Virus record (IMG/VR): IMGVR_UViG_2737471993_000002
Source: a virus
Taxonomy: Duplodnaviria; Heunggongvirae; Uroviricota; Caudoviricetes
Length of the DNA stretch: 64,000 bases
Strand: one strand, 5' to 3'
In this document: in pieces, positions 46,220-56,731 of the stretch
Layout: each line of letters begins with the position of its first letter
Numbering within the stretch: position 1 is the stretch's first letter
Notes under the pieces: model-generated
Seen by the model: only the letters and a program-made list of their open reading frames with translations
What the model was told of the DNA's origin: nothing
Database searches by the model: none
Made by a program: the position numbers and the translations under genes

Positions 46220-49200
46220 CTTCTCACTTGGGGAGTCGGCTCTAAAAGCAGAAAACGCGGTGAAGATTGCCAGAGAAGCTGGCTACACCGCTGTAATTTC
46301 AGCAGATAGCATGAATATTGCGAGCGTTATTCCACTACAACGTGCCGCTGGTGACGACATGGCGGTTATTTGTGGTGTGAAACTAAACATTGTTGATGAT
46401 CCCACATACGAGCACCGGGCTAAACTTGCTAAAGAATCTATGAGATGTATGGAATCATTAGAGCGGGGACGTAACTACTCGTTTACCGCTCTAATTAAAA
46501 ATGAGCAAGGATATCGCGACATCTGCGAACTAATGACGGCGGCCAACACACGAGAACAGTTCTACTTTGTACCGCGTCTCTCGCTCGAACAGTTGGTTTC
46601 TACATATGCCAAAGGCAACATCATCCTGCTTACTTCCGACATCGGTAGCGTGTTCCAACGCAACGATTTTGCAAAAATCATAAGCACACTGATTACAGCG
46701 GGTGGAAAAGACAACTTCTATAGTGTGGTTTATCCGCACCCTACCCCATTCTACGACCAGATTAACGTCCGGGCGATGAAAGTCGCCAGCGCATTGAAAA
46801 TAGAGCCAGTGGCGTTCTATCCCGCTTATTACGAATCGATCGACGATGCAGACATTAAAGACATTGCGCACATGGTTACGAACAACATCAAAATCGACCA
46901 GCCGCATCGTCTGCGTATCCCCCACCAGCGAGATAACGCCGTCAATGGTCGCCGCCATCTCCTTGAGGCGCTTAAAGCCTTCTCCGTTCGCATGGATGTG
47001 CCGGTAACAGCTGCAATGGCCTCAACAACGCAGGATACCATTATCGATGCCTGCACATGGCGCTGGCATGAATTGCCGCCAGCACTGCCAAAGATGGCAG
47101 ACGACGAGCCTGCAACGCTTATGAAACTGGCTGTTGCAGGGCTGCGTAAACGTCTTACCACAAAAGAGTTTGGCTACACACCACCTGCTTCTGAGAACAG
47201 GGTTTATGTTGAGCGGCTAAAGTACGAAATGGACACGCTGACTCGCCTGGGATTTTGTGGTTACTTCCTGATGGTACGCGATCTGATGAATCATAGTCGT
47301 GAAACTGGCATTCCCGTTGGGCCTGGTCGTGGTTCCTCTGCCGGTTCTCTGGTGGCGTGGTGCATAGGCATAACCAACGTCGACCCAATCCGTCACGGTC
47401 TTCTGTTTGAGCGTTTCATCAACCCTGAGCGTCTCGACTTGCCGGATGCGGACTTGGACTTCAGCCAGGCACGTCGCCATGAGGTGATCGAGTATCTGAA
47501 TGAACGCTACGGCGAAGATTACGTTGCGGGTATTCCGAACTTCACCTACCTGGGCGCAGCCTCTGCACTACGTGATACCGCTCGTATTTATGGTGTGGAG
47601 TCCGCAGATATGGCGGTATCAAAAGAACTGAAGAACGTCGAGGATGATAGCCTTCCATTGGAAGAGCTGCGCGAACAACTGGCAAGTCTCGACAAATACG
47701 CAACAAAATATCCTGATGCATTCAATGCAGCCTGCAAGTTACAAAGCCTTATGCGTGGCTTTGGTAGACATGCGGCAGGGATGATCGTAGCAGGTGTTCC
47801 TCTGACAGAACGTACACCGGTTGAGCGCCGTGGTGACGCGCGTTGTATCGCATTTGACAAGCGTTACTGCGAGGCTATGGGCCTAATTAAGCTGGACGTG
47901 CTTGGCCTGGCAACTCTCGATTTGCTCGATAGTGCAAAACGCTACATAAAAGAGAACACAGGTGAAGATATCAATCTTGATGCCATTTCTCTTGAAGATC
48001 GCAAGGTGCTGGATGGTTTTGCTGCTGGGTACACTCAAGGTGTTTTCCAGCTTGAATCAGGCCCAATGCGCAAGCTGCTTAAAGATTTAGGTGGTGGAAT
48101 TGAGCCAATGAGCTTTAAAACGGTCGTCGCTACAACTGCGCTCTTCCGGCCGGGGCCAATTCAATCAGGCATGTTGGATGACTATGTTTCTGTCGCCAAA
48201 GGCTTTATGACGCCGGAATCATTACACCCCGTTCTTGATGAACTTACCGCGGAAACAAATGGCGTGATTCTCTATCAGGAACAGACGATGAACGCGACTC
48301 GATTGCTTGCCGGCTTCACAATGGCTGAAGCTGACGCTGTGCGTTCCGCAATCGGTAAGAAGAACATGGAAAAAATGAAGAGCATGGGCGAGAAGTTCAT
48401 CGTTCAGGCTCAAGCTGGCTGGATAGACGTTGAGCTGGAAGATGGCACTACACAGCGCATTCACCGTGCGGAACATTTTAAATGCGAAGACGGAACTCTG
48501 AAAACTGTCGAAGAGGCACTTGAGCACGGCGCAAAACTACCTATAAACGCAGTACGCGTTACAGCGTCACATCCAGGGCTATCAGAGATGAAAGCGAAGG
48601 AGATCTGGACCGCATTTGAGAAAAACGGAGCCTATCAGTTCAATAAATCACACTCCGTTGCTTATTCTTTAATCAGTTATCAGTCTATGTGGCTAAAGAC
48701 GCACTACCCTGCTGAGTTCTTCGCAGCTGCGCTCACCATTCTGGGCGAGGATAAGCATCAGGGGCTGGTGAAGGATGCGCTGACCTATGGCATTCGCGTA
48801 TTGCCACCAGACGTTAATGTGTCATCTAACCGAATTGAGATCCGCACACTCGAAGACGGCAGTCAGGCACTGTATGCGCCATTCTCTGCTGTGAAAGGCT
48901 GTTCTGAAAATGGTTGTCAGGCAATTATGCGTGCGCGTGAGAAAGTTGGTGGCAAATTCGAGTCAGTGGCACAATTCGATGAAGCGGTCGAGAAGCGTGC
49001 ATGTAACAGTCGTGTACGCGAGTCGCTTCATAAAGTAGGGGCTTTTGCGTCAATTGAGCCAGGCAGTCTGCCAGCAACTGATCCTGAACGACTGCGCGAC
49101 CAGGCTGAGCTGATGGGCAATCTCATCATTGACGCTGTTAAAGCATCACGTCCGTTCGAAATGAATCCTAAGCGTTCTGCCGAAATCAACGTACTTATGA

Positions 49201-49712
49201 CACGTATGGCGGCTGAAATGGGCTTGGGTGAGGAGTTGATACGCCCGACTATTGGTATTAAACCCAAAATCATGATCATTCTGGACAATGCGAACGGCAA
49301 TGACGCTCGTACCGGCTACTTCATGGAGAACGGATACGACGACTTTAAGGCAAAACTACTGACAGTTGGAGATCTGCGCATGGGCGATCTTTATGTCACG
49401 GGTGTTTGTAAGAAGGTTAAGGACAAAGAGAAAGACTATACCAAAGACGAGATAGGCCAGTTCACAGACTTTATGCGGGAAGAAATTAATCTTGTACGAC
49501 CAACCTACATTTTGACGTGTGGTAGTCGTTCAACCGCACTATTTAACAATAAGAGTAAACCATCAGATCTGATTGGTCGTAAGGAGTACTTCCCAGAGCT
49601 TGATGCAACCGTCTTCTACGGATTTAACCCGAATATCCTGTACTTCCGACCGGAAGAAGGAGAGCGACTGGAGGCCATTCTGGCTGATATCGCGGAGACA
49701 ATAAATAAGTAA
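46194..49712 (+). CDS. dnaE: DNA polymerase III alpha subunit (DnaE-like)
   Basis: 1172 aa with DnaE-like catalytic core segments (GLIKLDVLGLATL, ILYQEQTM) and an N-terminal PHP-like region. Confidence 0.8.
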   Translation: MKALMVRTDFSLGESALKAENAVKIAREAGYTAVISADSMNIASVIPLQRAAGDDMAVICGVKLNIVDDPTYEHRAKLAKESMRCMESLERGRNYSFTALIKNEQGYRDICELMTAANTREQFYFVPRLSLEQLVSTYAKGNIILLTSDIGSVFQRNDFAKIISTLITAGGKDNFYSVVYPHPTPFYDQINVRAMKVASALKIEPVAFYPAYYESIDDADIKDIAHMVTNNIKIDQPHRLRIPHQRDNAVNGRRHLLEALKAFSVRMDVPVTAAMASTTQDTIIDACTWRWHELPPALPKMADDEPATLMKLAVAGLRKRLTTKEFGYTPPASENRVYVERLKYEMDTLTRLGFCGYFLMVRDLMNHSRETGIPVGPGRGSSAGSLVAWCIGITNVDPIRHGLLFERFINPERLDLPDADLDFSQARRHEVIEYLNERYGEDYVAGIPNFTYLGAASALRDTARIYGVESADMAVSKELKNVEDDSLPLEELREQLASLDKYATKYPDAFNAACKLQSLMRGFGRHAAGMIVAGVPLTERTPVERRGDARCIAFDKRYCEAMGLIKLDVLGLATLDLLDSAKRYIKENTGEDINLDAISLEDRKVLDGFAAGYTQGVFQLESGPMRKLLKDLGGGIEPMSFKTVVATTALFRPGPIQSGMLDDYVSVAKGFMTPESLHPVLDELTAETNGVILYQEQTMNATRLLAGFTMAEADAVRSAIGKKNMEKMKSMGEKFIVQAQAGWIDVELEDGTTQRIHRAEHFKCEDGTLKTVEEALEHGAKLPINAVRVTASHPGLSEMKAKEIWTAFEKNGAYQFNKSHSVAYSLISYQSMWLKTHYPAEFFAAALTILGEDKHQGLVKDALTYGIRVLPPDVNVSSNRIEIRTLEDGSQALYAPFSAVKGCSENGCQAIMRAREKVGGKFESVAQFDEAVEKRACNSRVRESLHKVGAFASIEPGSLPATDPERLRDQAELMGNLIIDAVKASRPFEMNPKRSAEINVLMTRMAAEMGLGEELIRPTIGIKPKIMIILDNANGNDARTGYFMENGYDDFKAKLLTVGDLRMGDLYVTGVCKKVKDKEKDYTKDEIGQFTDFMREEINLVRPTYILTCGSRSTALFNNKSKPSDLIGRKEYFPELDATVFYGFNPNILYFRPEEGERLEAILADIAETINK

Positions 49713-49717
49713 TAAAG

Positions 49718-49742
49718 AAAACCCGCCTGTTGGCGGGTTTAT
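49718..49742 (+). terminator. rho-independent terminator
   Basis: CCCGCC-TGTT-GGCGGG hairpin followed by TTTAT. Confidence 0.65.
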
Positions 49743-50015
49743 AAAGAATTATGGCGCTTGTTGAGGAAGTCACTCCTCTTACGCACTTTGTTTTGCCATG
49801 CCGGCAGTTAGCTTCTGCCTTTGACTATTCATGCGGCAACCCCGCATTTCGCCACAATGGGCAATTCACTTTTATGGAATAAACTGGCCGTTGTGTCGAT
49901 TTAATTAGCATGGCCTTACCATGCTAATTTATTCAACTTGTACAATCCTACAAATCTATCCACTCAGGCTTACACCGTCTTCGTTATTGTAGAAATGAGG
50001 ATCATCAGCGTTGAA

Positions 50016-50231
50016 TCAGCTTAGAGCAACGACATTTGCTGCTGCTGGGCCTTTAGCCCCATTCTCGATAGAGAATTCGACCTGCTGGCCTTCTTCCAAA
50101 GTGCGGAAATTATTACTCTGAATTGCCGAAAAATGTACAAAAACATCTTTACTGCCATCAGCAGGAGAAATAAAGCCAAAGCCTTTATCAGAGTTAAACC
50201 ATTTTACTAAACCAGTCATTTTATTAGACAT
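50016..50231 (-). CDS. cold-shock protein (CspA family)
   Basis: [21 protein letters not shown]...VFVHFSAI contains the RNP1/RNP2-type cold-shock motifs; the track ORF is N-terminally extended. Confidence 0.8.
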   Translation of the reverse strand: MSNKMTGLVKWFNSDKGFGFISPADGSKDVFVHFSAIQSNNFRTLEEGQQVEFSIENGAKGPAAANVVALS

Positions 50232-50560
50232 AGATATTACCTTCTTAATTTTGTGAGCCACATAGTGCGGCGAGAATTTGATCTGTATAGATTGGGACTT
50301 ACTTAGGCACTTAAGGAGGAGACTCACGAAGAAGGGAAATCAGAAGATAACACTGAACTGAGACTGCTTTACTAAAACTGCTTACATAAGGTCTGTCTTG
50401 CAAACCAACGATGCTATTAACGCATACCCCTTCTTTTCATGCAACCTTTATTTTTCAAAGATAACTAATTTTTGTCACCATTGGTTTAGTAAACGTTAAC
50501 GAACCAGACGATGCCAGACACCTTTACAGAGAACAGATGCCCGCCAATTGGCGGGCATCA

Positions 50561-51124
50561 TTATGCGCATTTCGCAATATCTTTGCGGCGTTTAATCAGT
50601 TTCTCCGCAATTTGCTCTATTTCGTTGAAATCTTTCGAGACGCTGTTTCGAAGCGCCAGATTCCATTTACTCAAAGTTCGGGCATTTTGGACAATTTGAT
50701 CGCCCTCTTTAAGTCGTCCGTTATTCATGAGCCATTCAGCCACATCAGCCCAATCCCAGAGAGGAGACTGGCCTTTTATGCGTTGTACAGGGCAAGGGAA
50801 GTCGCCGCTTCCGCGCTTACCGTCTTTGAGCAACGCCACCGCCTGGCGAGACAGGTCTGTCAGTTCCGCGATATCGCTTAAGCCCACAAGAGCCGAGTCG
50901 ACGGATTCAACAATTGCACCGATACCGGCTGATTCAATATTGTCGACCGCAGATGCGATAGCTGCATCAAGTGATTGTGCTTCGCGGTCAAATTCTACAT
51001 AGACGGAGTTTCCATATGCGCAAATTAGCGCATCGTCACAGCCGTTTTGGTACAGCGCGTCTTCCAGTCCTTCCGTCTCATACGATACGCCTGAGAGCGT
51101 CAGAGTGAAGTTATAAAGCGCCAT
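50561..51124 (-). CDS. putative antitoxin-like DNA-binding protein (HicB-like N-terminus plus excisionase/AlpA-type HTH)
   Basis: ATG at 51124 preceded by AGGAAA. C-terminal segment IAELTDLSRQAVALL...FPCP...W.WADVAEW fits an AlpA/excisionase-like HTH. N-terminal domain assignment is tentative. Confidence 0.3.
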   Translation of the reverse strand: MALYNFTLTLSGVSYETEGLEDALYQNGCDDALICAYGNSVYVEFDREAQSLDAAIASAVDNIESAGIGAIVESVDSALVGLSDIAELTDLSRQAVALLKDGKRGSGDFPCPVQRIKGQSPLWDWADVAEWLMNNGRLKEGDQIVQNARTLSKWNLALRNSVSKDFNEIEQIAEKLIKRRKDIAKCA

Positions 51125-51184
51125 AGTTTTCCTTTGAAGATAGTTGGACAGTTTCTGCAAAAGGCGGCTAATGCCGCCTTGAAA

Positions 51185-51409
51185 TCATTTACAACGATCA
51201 ACCATTCGTTTGATCTGTTTGGCATGGTTTTCGGGATTACCCGGAGTCGACCATACGCTCATTTGGTGAGTTTTGTGTTCACCTTCTGGATTACCGCATC
51301 GCAGTCTGCAAAAACAATGTGCAGCACCACCAGCTGCTACCCAGATCCAGCCTTTACTTAATGCATAGTCAATGGCTGCTTGAATATGCTTATTCGGATG
51401 TTGCTTCAT
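51185..51409 (-). CDS. putative HicA-like small toxin
   Basis: 74 aa, GGAGG site upstream. Loose resemblance to the HicA pattern (GW...GGAAHCF...G....H......P.N...IKRMV); low confidence. Confidence 0.3.
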   Translation of the reverse strand: MKQHPNKHIQAAIDYALSKGWIWVAAGGAAHCFCRLRCGNPEGEHKTHQMSVWSTPGNPENHAKQIKRMVDRCK

Positions 51410-51663
51410 TCGCCTCCGATAATAGTATTCTATTCACAGTGTTGACATCTGTCAACGGCGACTGAATTTCATCCGTTCATGCCACACCCCCATCCATCTC
51501 ATGTATGTGACCTAAAGATGGTCAGCACAGCTTACCAAAATAAGACAACTAATTATCTTCGGTGATCTCAATATTTTCCCCTGAACAAAGTTGACATGAC
51601 GCCATAAACCCGTTCTCTGTTTGATATAATTGATACAGATTTTATAAGTAGGAACCTATTAGA

Positions 51664-52095
51664 GTGAACACTGATATTTTTTCTAAAATCATGGCCGATC
51701 TGGAGTTCGACCGCGACAACCTTGAGGAAGTATGGCGTAAACAGCCACGGCTTTTAATGGAGTATGGGTCAAAACTAGCGCAGGCAGATCGAGATGTCGC
51801 AGAGGCAAAACTTAACCTTGAAGCTGTTGAAGCAAAGCTATACGACACAGAGCGTAAGAACTTGAGTATGAACGGCATTAAGTTCAACGAGTCTGTACTG
51901 GACGCTAAGGTTAAAACAAACCCACAGTATCTGTCTAAACGGCAGAAGTTGGATGAAGCACGGCACATCGCAGACATATACAAACATGCTGTCGCCGCCT
52001 TTTCGCATCGCCGAGACATGATCGTTCAGGCGTCAAAGATGGCCATCGTTGAATTAGAGCGATTAGGCTCTGAACGCTTTATTACTCCCCGTTGA
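51664..52095 (+). CDS. hypothetical coiled-coil protein, possibly UvsY-like recombination mediator
   Basis: 143 aa with GTG start, directly upstream of the gp32-like SSB; size and position fit UvsY but similarity by eye is weak. Confidence 0.3.
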   Translation: MNTDIFSKIMADLEFDRDNLEEVWRKQPRLLMEYGSKLAQADRDVAEAKLNLEAVEAKLYDTERKNLSMNGIKFNESVLDAKVKTNPQYLSKRQKLDEARHIADIYKHAVAAFSHRRDMIVQASKMAIVELERLGSERFITPR

Positions 52096-52212
52096 TTTTT
52101 GATAGATAATAAGTAAGTACTGATCTATCATTTAACAGCTCGAAAGAGCCACGAATGAACGAAAGCCCAACGCGCATAGCGCCATCGGCCAAATCACAAC
52201 AAGGAGAAACAC

Positions 52213-53241
52213 ATGTCTAAGACATTACTTGATTTGCTTAACAAAACTCGTGAAGACATTGCCGCCAAACGTGGCAACAACGTTGATCTGACTCGCTTAA
52301 AAGACGGCGTCAACTATATCCGCATCTTCCCGAATAAAGACGACCCAAACGGTAAGTTCTTCCAGACTTTCGGTATGCACTACGTTAAGTATCAGAACGA
52401 GGAAGGTAAAGAAGCAACCAACGCTTATATTTGTGAGCAACATACTCACGGTCGCGCTTGTCAGCTATGCGAAATGGTTATGGAAGGTCGCGCTCGTCAC
52501 AAGGGTAACAAAGCAATGGAAGAACGCATCGGTCAAATGCGTGCCACTCCTCGCTACCTGGTCAACGGCATTCTTTCTGCTCGTGAGGATTTCGCAGATG
52601 CTGAGAAATGCCAGTTAATCGAGCTGCCGTCTACTGTATTCGATGATATCTGCAAAGCAATCACCGAAGACATCGCTGATGATATCGGCAATCCACTGAG
52701 CAAAGAGGAAGGCTACGCATTCCTGATTAAACGTACTGGCTCTGGTCGCGATACCAAATATGACGTCTCGCCTAAGCGTAAAGTCTACAAAGGCGATATC
52801 GAAGATAAATTCTGGAACACCCAGCATGATCTGATCGCATACGCAAATCAGGCTGATGAAACTCGTCTTCTGTCGACAGTTCGCACTATGGGTCGTCTGA
52901 TTGGCATCGCTGCACCAACTGCCGCAGCATCTGCACCAGCAATTTCCTCAACCGCGAAAACATCGGCTGCGGCACTACCTGGATTTGGCTCTGTCACTGG
53001 TCATACAGAAGGAGCGACGGCTGTAGCAACCGCGCACACACCGGCTTCTGAACCAACCAGTCTGGTTGATGAAGAAATCCTCCGTGCCGTTGAAACTGAA
53101 TTTAAACCAGAGGCAAGTTCCGCTGCCGTTGCCGTATCAGTCAAAGAGTCTGAAGCAGTCGCAGCGACATCTGTAGCAACCGCATCTGCGACGGAAGATG
53201 AAGGTCTGGATGACCTACTGAGAGAGCTGGACTCTCTGTAA
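52213..53241 (+). CDS. single-stranded DNA-binding protein (T4 gp32-like)
   Basis: Zn-binding-like C..H..C..C cluster (CEQHTHGRACQLCEM), N-terminal segment resembling the gp32 core, and acidic C-terminal tail (DEGLDDLLRELDSL). Confidence 0.6.
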   Translation: MSKTLLDLLNKTREDIAAKRGNNVDLTRLKDGVNYIRIFPNKDDPNGKFFQTFGMHYVKYQNEEGKEATNAYICEQHTHGRACQLCEMVMEGRARHKGNKAMEERIGQMRATPRYLVNGILSAREDFADAEKCQLIELPSTVFDDICKAITEDIADDIGNPLSKEEGYAFLIKRTGSGRDTKYDVSPKRKVYKGDIEDKFWNTQHDLIAYANQADETRLLSTVRTMGRLIGIAAPTAAASAPAISSTAKTSAAALPGFGSVTGHTEGATAVATAHTPASEPTSLVDEEILRAVETEFKPEASSAAVAVSVKESEAVAATSVATASATEDEGLDDLLRELDSL

Positions 53242-53250
53242 TCCCATTAC

Positions 53251-54246
53251 GTGACCAGTAAGGCGTCTACGGACGCCTTACTTTTTGGAAGGAATGTACC
53301 GGTGAATTATCTCTTCGTAGATGGCAATAGCCTGGGTTATTACCATCAACAATCTGACAAATTGCACAACGGCGAAATGGAAGTACAGGCTGCTTTCGGC
53401 TTTGTTAAGAACGTCCGTCGTTATGCCTCCATCCTCCATGCCCGACCTATGATTCTTTGGGATGGATTTAGTGACAAGCGTCGCGACTTTTACCCGGACT
53501 ACAAAGCAAATCGCGACGACGATCCTGATATGAAAAAGATGAAGGAAGGCTTTGCTATCCAGAAGCCATACATCCTCAAAATGATGACCGCGCTTGGAGT
53601 TACCCAACTCATTGCAAAAGATGCAGAAGCGGATGATCTGGCCGGGCTGCTGGTATCCCGCATGGCACCGCAGCCAACCGTTGAACACATCTATCTGTTA
53701 ACAGGCGATAGCGACTGGCTTCAGTTAGTTCGTGAAAACGTAAGCTGGGTAAGCCTGCGTGAAGACGCCAAAAACAAGCAGGTTAATTTTGAGCAATTTG
53801 CGGAGCTGACAGGATTCGCCACGCCTCGCGCATTTTTGGAAGCAAAAGCATTACAAGGCGATAACTCGGACAACATTAGCGGTGTTGGTGGCATTGGTGC
53901 TGGCGGTGCGAAAGAGCTGCTGCATGAATGGGGAAGTGTCGCAACGATGGTACGCGGCATCAACGACGGCTCAATCGTGGTTAATAAAGGGCGTCATAAG
54001 ACCGCCTTCAACAAACTAGCGAAGAATGCCTTCAACGAGAAAACAGGCTGTCGAATGCTCGAAGCGTTCAAGAGAAACATCACGCTAATGAACCTGATTG
54101 AGACGAAGTTTCCGCCTACCGAAATCGAAACAATCAAAGGCAATCGTGACGTGAAAGCATTCGAGCAACTGTGCTACGAGCTGAATTTCCGTTCGTTCCT
54201 TGAAGACCTTGAAGTGTTTGTTCTTCCATTCGAAAGGTATTTCTAA
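53251..54246 (+). CDS. 5'-3' exonuclease / flap endonuclease (RNase H-like)
   Basis: H3TH-like Gly-rich segment GDNSDNISGVGGIGAGGAKELL and N-terminal acidic PIN-like region (YLFVDGNSLGYY, TGDSDWLQL). Confidence 0.7.
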   Translation: MTSKASTDALLFGRNVPVNYLFVDGNSLGYYHQQSDKLHNGEMEVQAAFGFVKNVRRYASILHARPMILWDGFSDKRRDFYPDYKANRDDDPDMKKMKEGFAIQKPYILKMMTALGVTQLIAKDAEADDLAGLLVSRMAPQPTVEHIYLLTGDSDWLQLVRENVSWVSLREDAKNKQVNFEQFAELTGFATPRAFLEAKALQGDNSDNISGVGGIGAGGAKELLHEWGSVATMVRGINDGSIVVNKGRHKTAFNKLAKNAFNEKTGCRMLEAFKRNITLMNLIETKFPPTEIETIKGNRDVKAFEQLCYELNFRSFLEDLEVFVLPFERYF

Positions 54247-54512
54247 TGCTTAAATCGATTATCAATGGCGCTACAACCACCCCTGCCCAACTGGCAAAAG
54301 AGATTGTCTTTTATCACGGTGAGTACGCTGTCATCGCACTGCCGTCAATTCTAGGCGCTGCCGGAATGAAAGCGACAGATCGCGAGTTTGGATTAGTCAG
54401 CGAGCAGGTCGTAAAAATCCTCGCTCGTGTATCCAGACTCCTTAACCACGATGCGATTGTATTCGATGAATCCGCCGCTTTAAAACGAATCAACGAAACA
54501 AAAGGAGCCTGA
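54246..54512 (+). CDS. hypothetical protein
   Basis: 88-aa ORF translationally coupled between the FEN and RecA-like genes. Confidence 0.4.
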   Translation: MLKSIINGATTTPAQLAKEIVFYHGEYAVIALPSILGAAGMKATDREFGLVSEQVVKILARVSRLLNHDAIVFDESAALKRINETKGA

Positions 54513-54514
54513 TC

Positions 54515-55588
54515 ATGGCAAAAGGAAAATCCGCACTGGCACTTGCTCTGAAAAAGAAAATCGGTAGCAACGACGAAATTCAGAAAGTAACTCATTGGAT
54601 TGATACAGGCTTTCCACCGTTAAACAAAGCTATTTCTGGTCGTTACGATGGCGGCTTCCCATGTGGTCGTATCGTCGAAGTATTCGGTCCTCCAAGTGCA
54701 GGGAAAACGTTCCTTGCAACAGCAGCGATGATCTCCGCTCAAAAACAAGATGGTCTGGCGGTATTCCTCGATCATGAAAACAGTTTTGACGTTGGCCTGG
54801 CTGTCGCCAATGGCCTGAACGCAGATGAGGATGACGGTCAGTGGGTATACAAGCAGCCAGATACCTTCGAAGACTCTGTAGAGTTGATCGGCACAATACT
54901 TAAATTGGTTCGTGATGAAGAGCTTATCCCCGAATCAGCACCAATCTGTATCGTGGCTGACTCTCTTGCGTCTATGGTTCCGAACTCCAAAGCCGAGAAG
55001 TTCGAAAAGATGGCTGAAGGCACTGCCAAAGACAAAGATCAGCTAAACATGAACGACAATACGGCACTGGCTCGTGCGACGAGTGCGAACTTCCCTACTC
55101 TGGCTTTGTGGGCACGCAAATACAACGCCTGCATCATCTTCTTGAATCAGGTTCGCACAAAAATCGGTGTAATGTTTGGCGACCCTACTACGTCGCCAGG
55201 TGGAGATTCACCGAAGTTCTACGCTTCTGTACGTATCCGTCTTGGTGCATCGGTGATGAAGGATGGTAAAGAGAAGATCGGCCAGGACGTAGGCGCAGAA
55301 TGCATCAAAAACAAAGTTGCACCACCGTATGGCAAATGCACCTGGAAATTCTACTTCGATCCTACTCGTGGCCTCGACGTTATCGAATCGCTCGTCGAGT
55401 ACATGCTGGAAGAAGGATACCTGCCAAAGAACGCCAGCGGGCGAGTTGAAATTGGTGACAAGAAATACACCAAATCGCAGATCGTCGAGATGTATCGGGA
55501 GAAGCCACTGGCTGAAATCATTGCGGCTTTGCAGGCAATCGACGACCGAAGAGCAAAAGACAACCCCACCGAGTCAGTAGAAGAGTAA
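54515..55588 (+). CDS. RecA/UvsX-family recombinase
   Basis: Walker A GPPSAGKTF and overall RecA-core layout; 357 aa. Confidence 0.75.
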   Translation: MAKGKSALALALKKKIGSNDEIQKVTHWIDTGFPPLNKAISGRYDGGFPCGRIVEVFGPPSAGKTFLATAAMISAQKQDGLAVFLDHENSFDVGLAVANGLNADEDDGQWVYKQPDTFEDSVELIGTILKLVRDEELIPESAPICIVADSLASMVPNSKAEKFEKMAEGTAKDKDQLNMNDNTALARATSANFPTLALWARKYNACIIFLNQVRTKIGVMFGDPTTSPGGDSPKFYASVRIRLGASVMKDGKEKIGQDVGAECIKNKVAPPYGKCTWKFYFDPTRGLDVIESLVEYMLEEGYLPKNASGRVEIGDKKYTKSQIVEMYREKPLAEIIAALQAIDDRRAKDNPTESVEE

Positions 55589-55593
55589 ACACA

Positions 55594-55617
55594 AGGCGTC
55601 CACAGGACGCCTTTTTT
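55594..55617 (+). terminator. rho-independent terminator
   Basis: AGGCGTC-CACAG-GACGCCT followed by TTTTTT. Confidence 0.7.
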
Positions 55618-55680
55618 ATCTCTTGAAAATATATAAGCACTTACTTATTATTTTCGCATAACAACCACATAGGAAAACAC

Positions 55681-55881
55681 ATGATCAAAATCTATCTATT
55701 GGCAGTAGCCACAGGCCTTTCAGTGGCTCTCATCTACGGTTTACTGGTTCCGTCGCTGATTTCTACCAAGAGTGATTTAGCCGTCATGTTTGGAGTTATC
55801 GTTGGTTTTGGTGCTCCTGTAATCGGTCTTATTGCTGGTCGTAAGTTTATCAACTCATTAATCAAAGCAAAGGGGAAATAA
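55681..55881 (+). CDS. small two-TM membrane protein
   Basis: 66 aa, two hydrophobic helices, immediately upstream of the SPFH gene. Confidence 0.4.
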   Translation: MIKIYLLAVATGLSVALIYGLLVPSLISTKSDLAVMFGVIVGFGAPVIGLIAGRKFINSLIKAKGK

Positions 55882-55884
55882 GTA

Positions 55885-56715
55885 ATGAAGAAAGGTTTAC
55901 TTGCAGTTGCTCTGGCGGCTATTTGCACAATGGGTCTTACTGGCTGTGATCGCGTGGAGCCTGGATACGTTGGCATCAAAGTAAACAAATTAGGTGAAGA
56001 CAAAGGGATTGGTGAAGTGGTTGGCGTTGGTCGCCAATGGACAGGTCTTAACACCGAACTTTACGTATTCCCGACCTTCAAACAAATGAAGACCTACGAC
56101 GAGCCGTTCACATTCCAGATGAGTGACGGTACTGCTATTGGTCACAAAATTGGCGTTGCGTATCTGGTTAATCGTGACAAGGTAACGACGGTGTTCCAGA
56201 CCTATCGCAAAGGCGTAGACGATATCACCGAATCAGATCTGCGTCAGAAAATTGCCGACTCTCTAAACCGTTTGGCCAGCCGTATGACCACTGACTCATT
56301 TATCGACGGTGGTAAGGCACAATTGCTGGACAACGCACTGAAAGATATTCAGAAAGAGATGTCTCCGGTTGGTATTGAGGTACTGAGCCTGTCATGGGTT
56401 GGAAAGCCTGATTACCCAAAAACTGTCATTGAATCTATTAACGCCAAAGTAACGGCTAACCAGCGTACTCTGCAACGTCAGCAGGAAGTTGAACAACGTA
56501 AAGCTGAGGCGAATATGCTACGTGAACAGGCTAATGGTGAAGCTGATGCTATCCGTGCTCGTGCGCAAGCAGAAGCAGACGCCATTCGTCTGCGCGGTGA
56601 AGCTCTGCGTCAAAACCCGAACGTTATGGAACTGGAAGCCATCAATAAATGGAATGGCCAGTTACCGCAGTACATGACTCAAGGGGCTAACACTCCTTTC
56701 ATTACAGTGAAATAA
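55885..56715 (+). CDS. SPFH/band-7 (stomatin/prohibitin-like) lipoprotein
   Basis: Lipobox LTGC after the signal peptide; band-7 core followed by a charged coiled-coil tail (QRQQEVEQRKAEANMLREQANGEADAIRARAQAEADAIRLRGEALRQ). Confidence 0.7.
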   Translation: MKKGLLAVALAAICTMGLTGCDRVEPGYVGIKVNKLGEDKGIGEVVGVGRQWTGLNTELYVFPTFKQMKTYDEPFTFQMSDGTAIGHKIGVAYLVNRDKVTTVFQTYRKGVDDITESDLRQKIADSLNRLASRMTTDSFIDGGKAQLLDNALKDIQKEMSPVGIEVLSLSWVGKPDYPKTVIESINAKVTANQRTLQRQQEVEQRKAEANMLREQANGEADAIRARAQAEADAIRLRGEALRQNPNVMELEAINKWNGQLPQYMTQGANTPFITVK

Positions 56716-56731
56716 CTCCCCTAAAAAGTTC

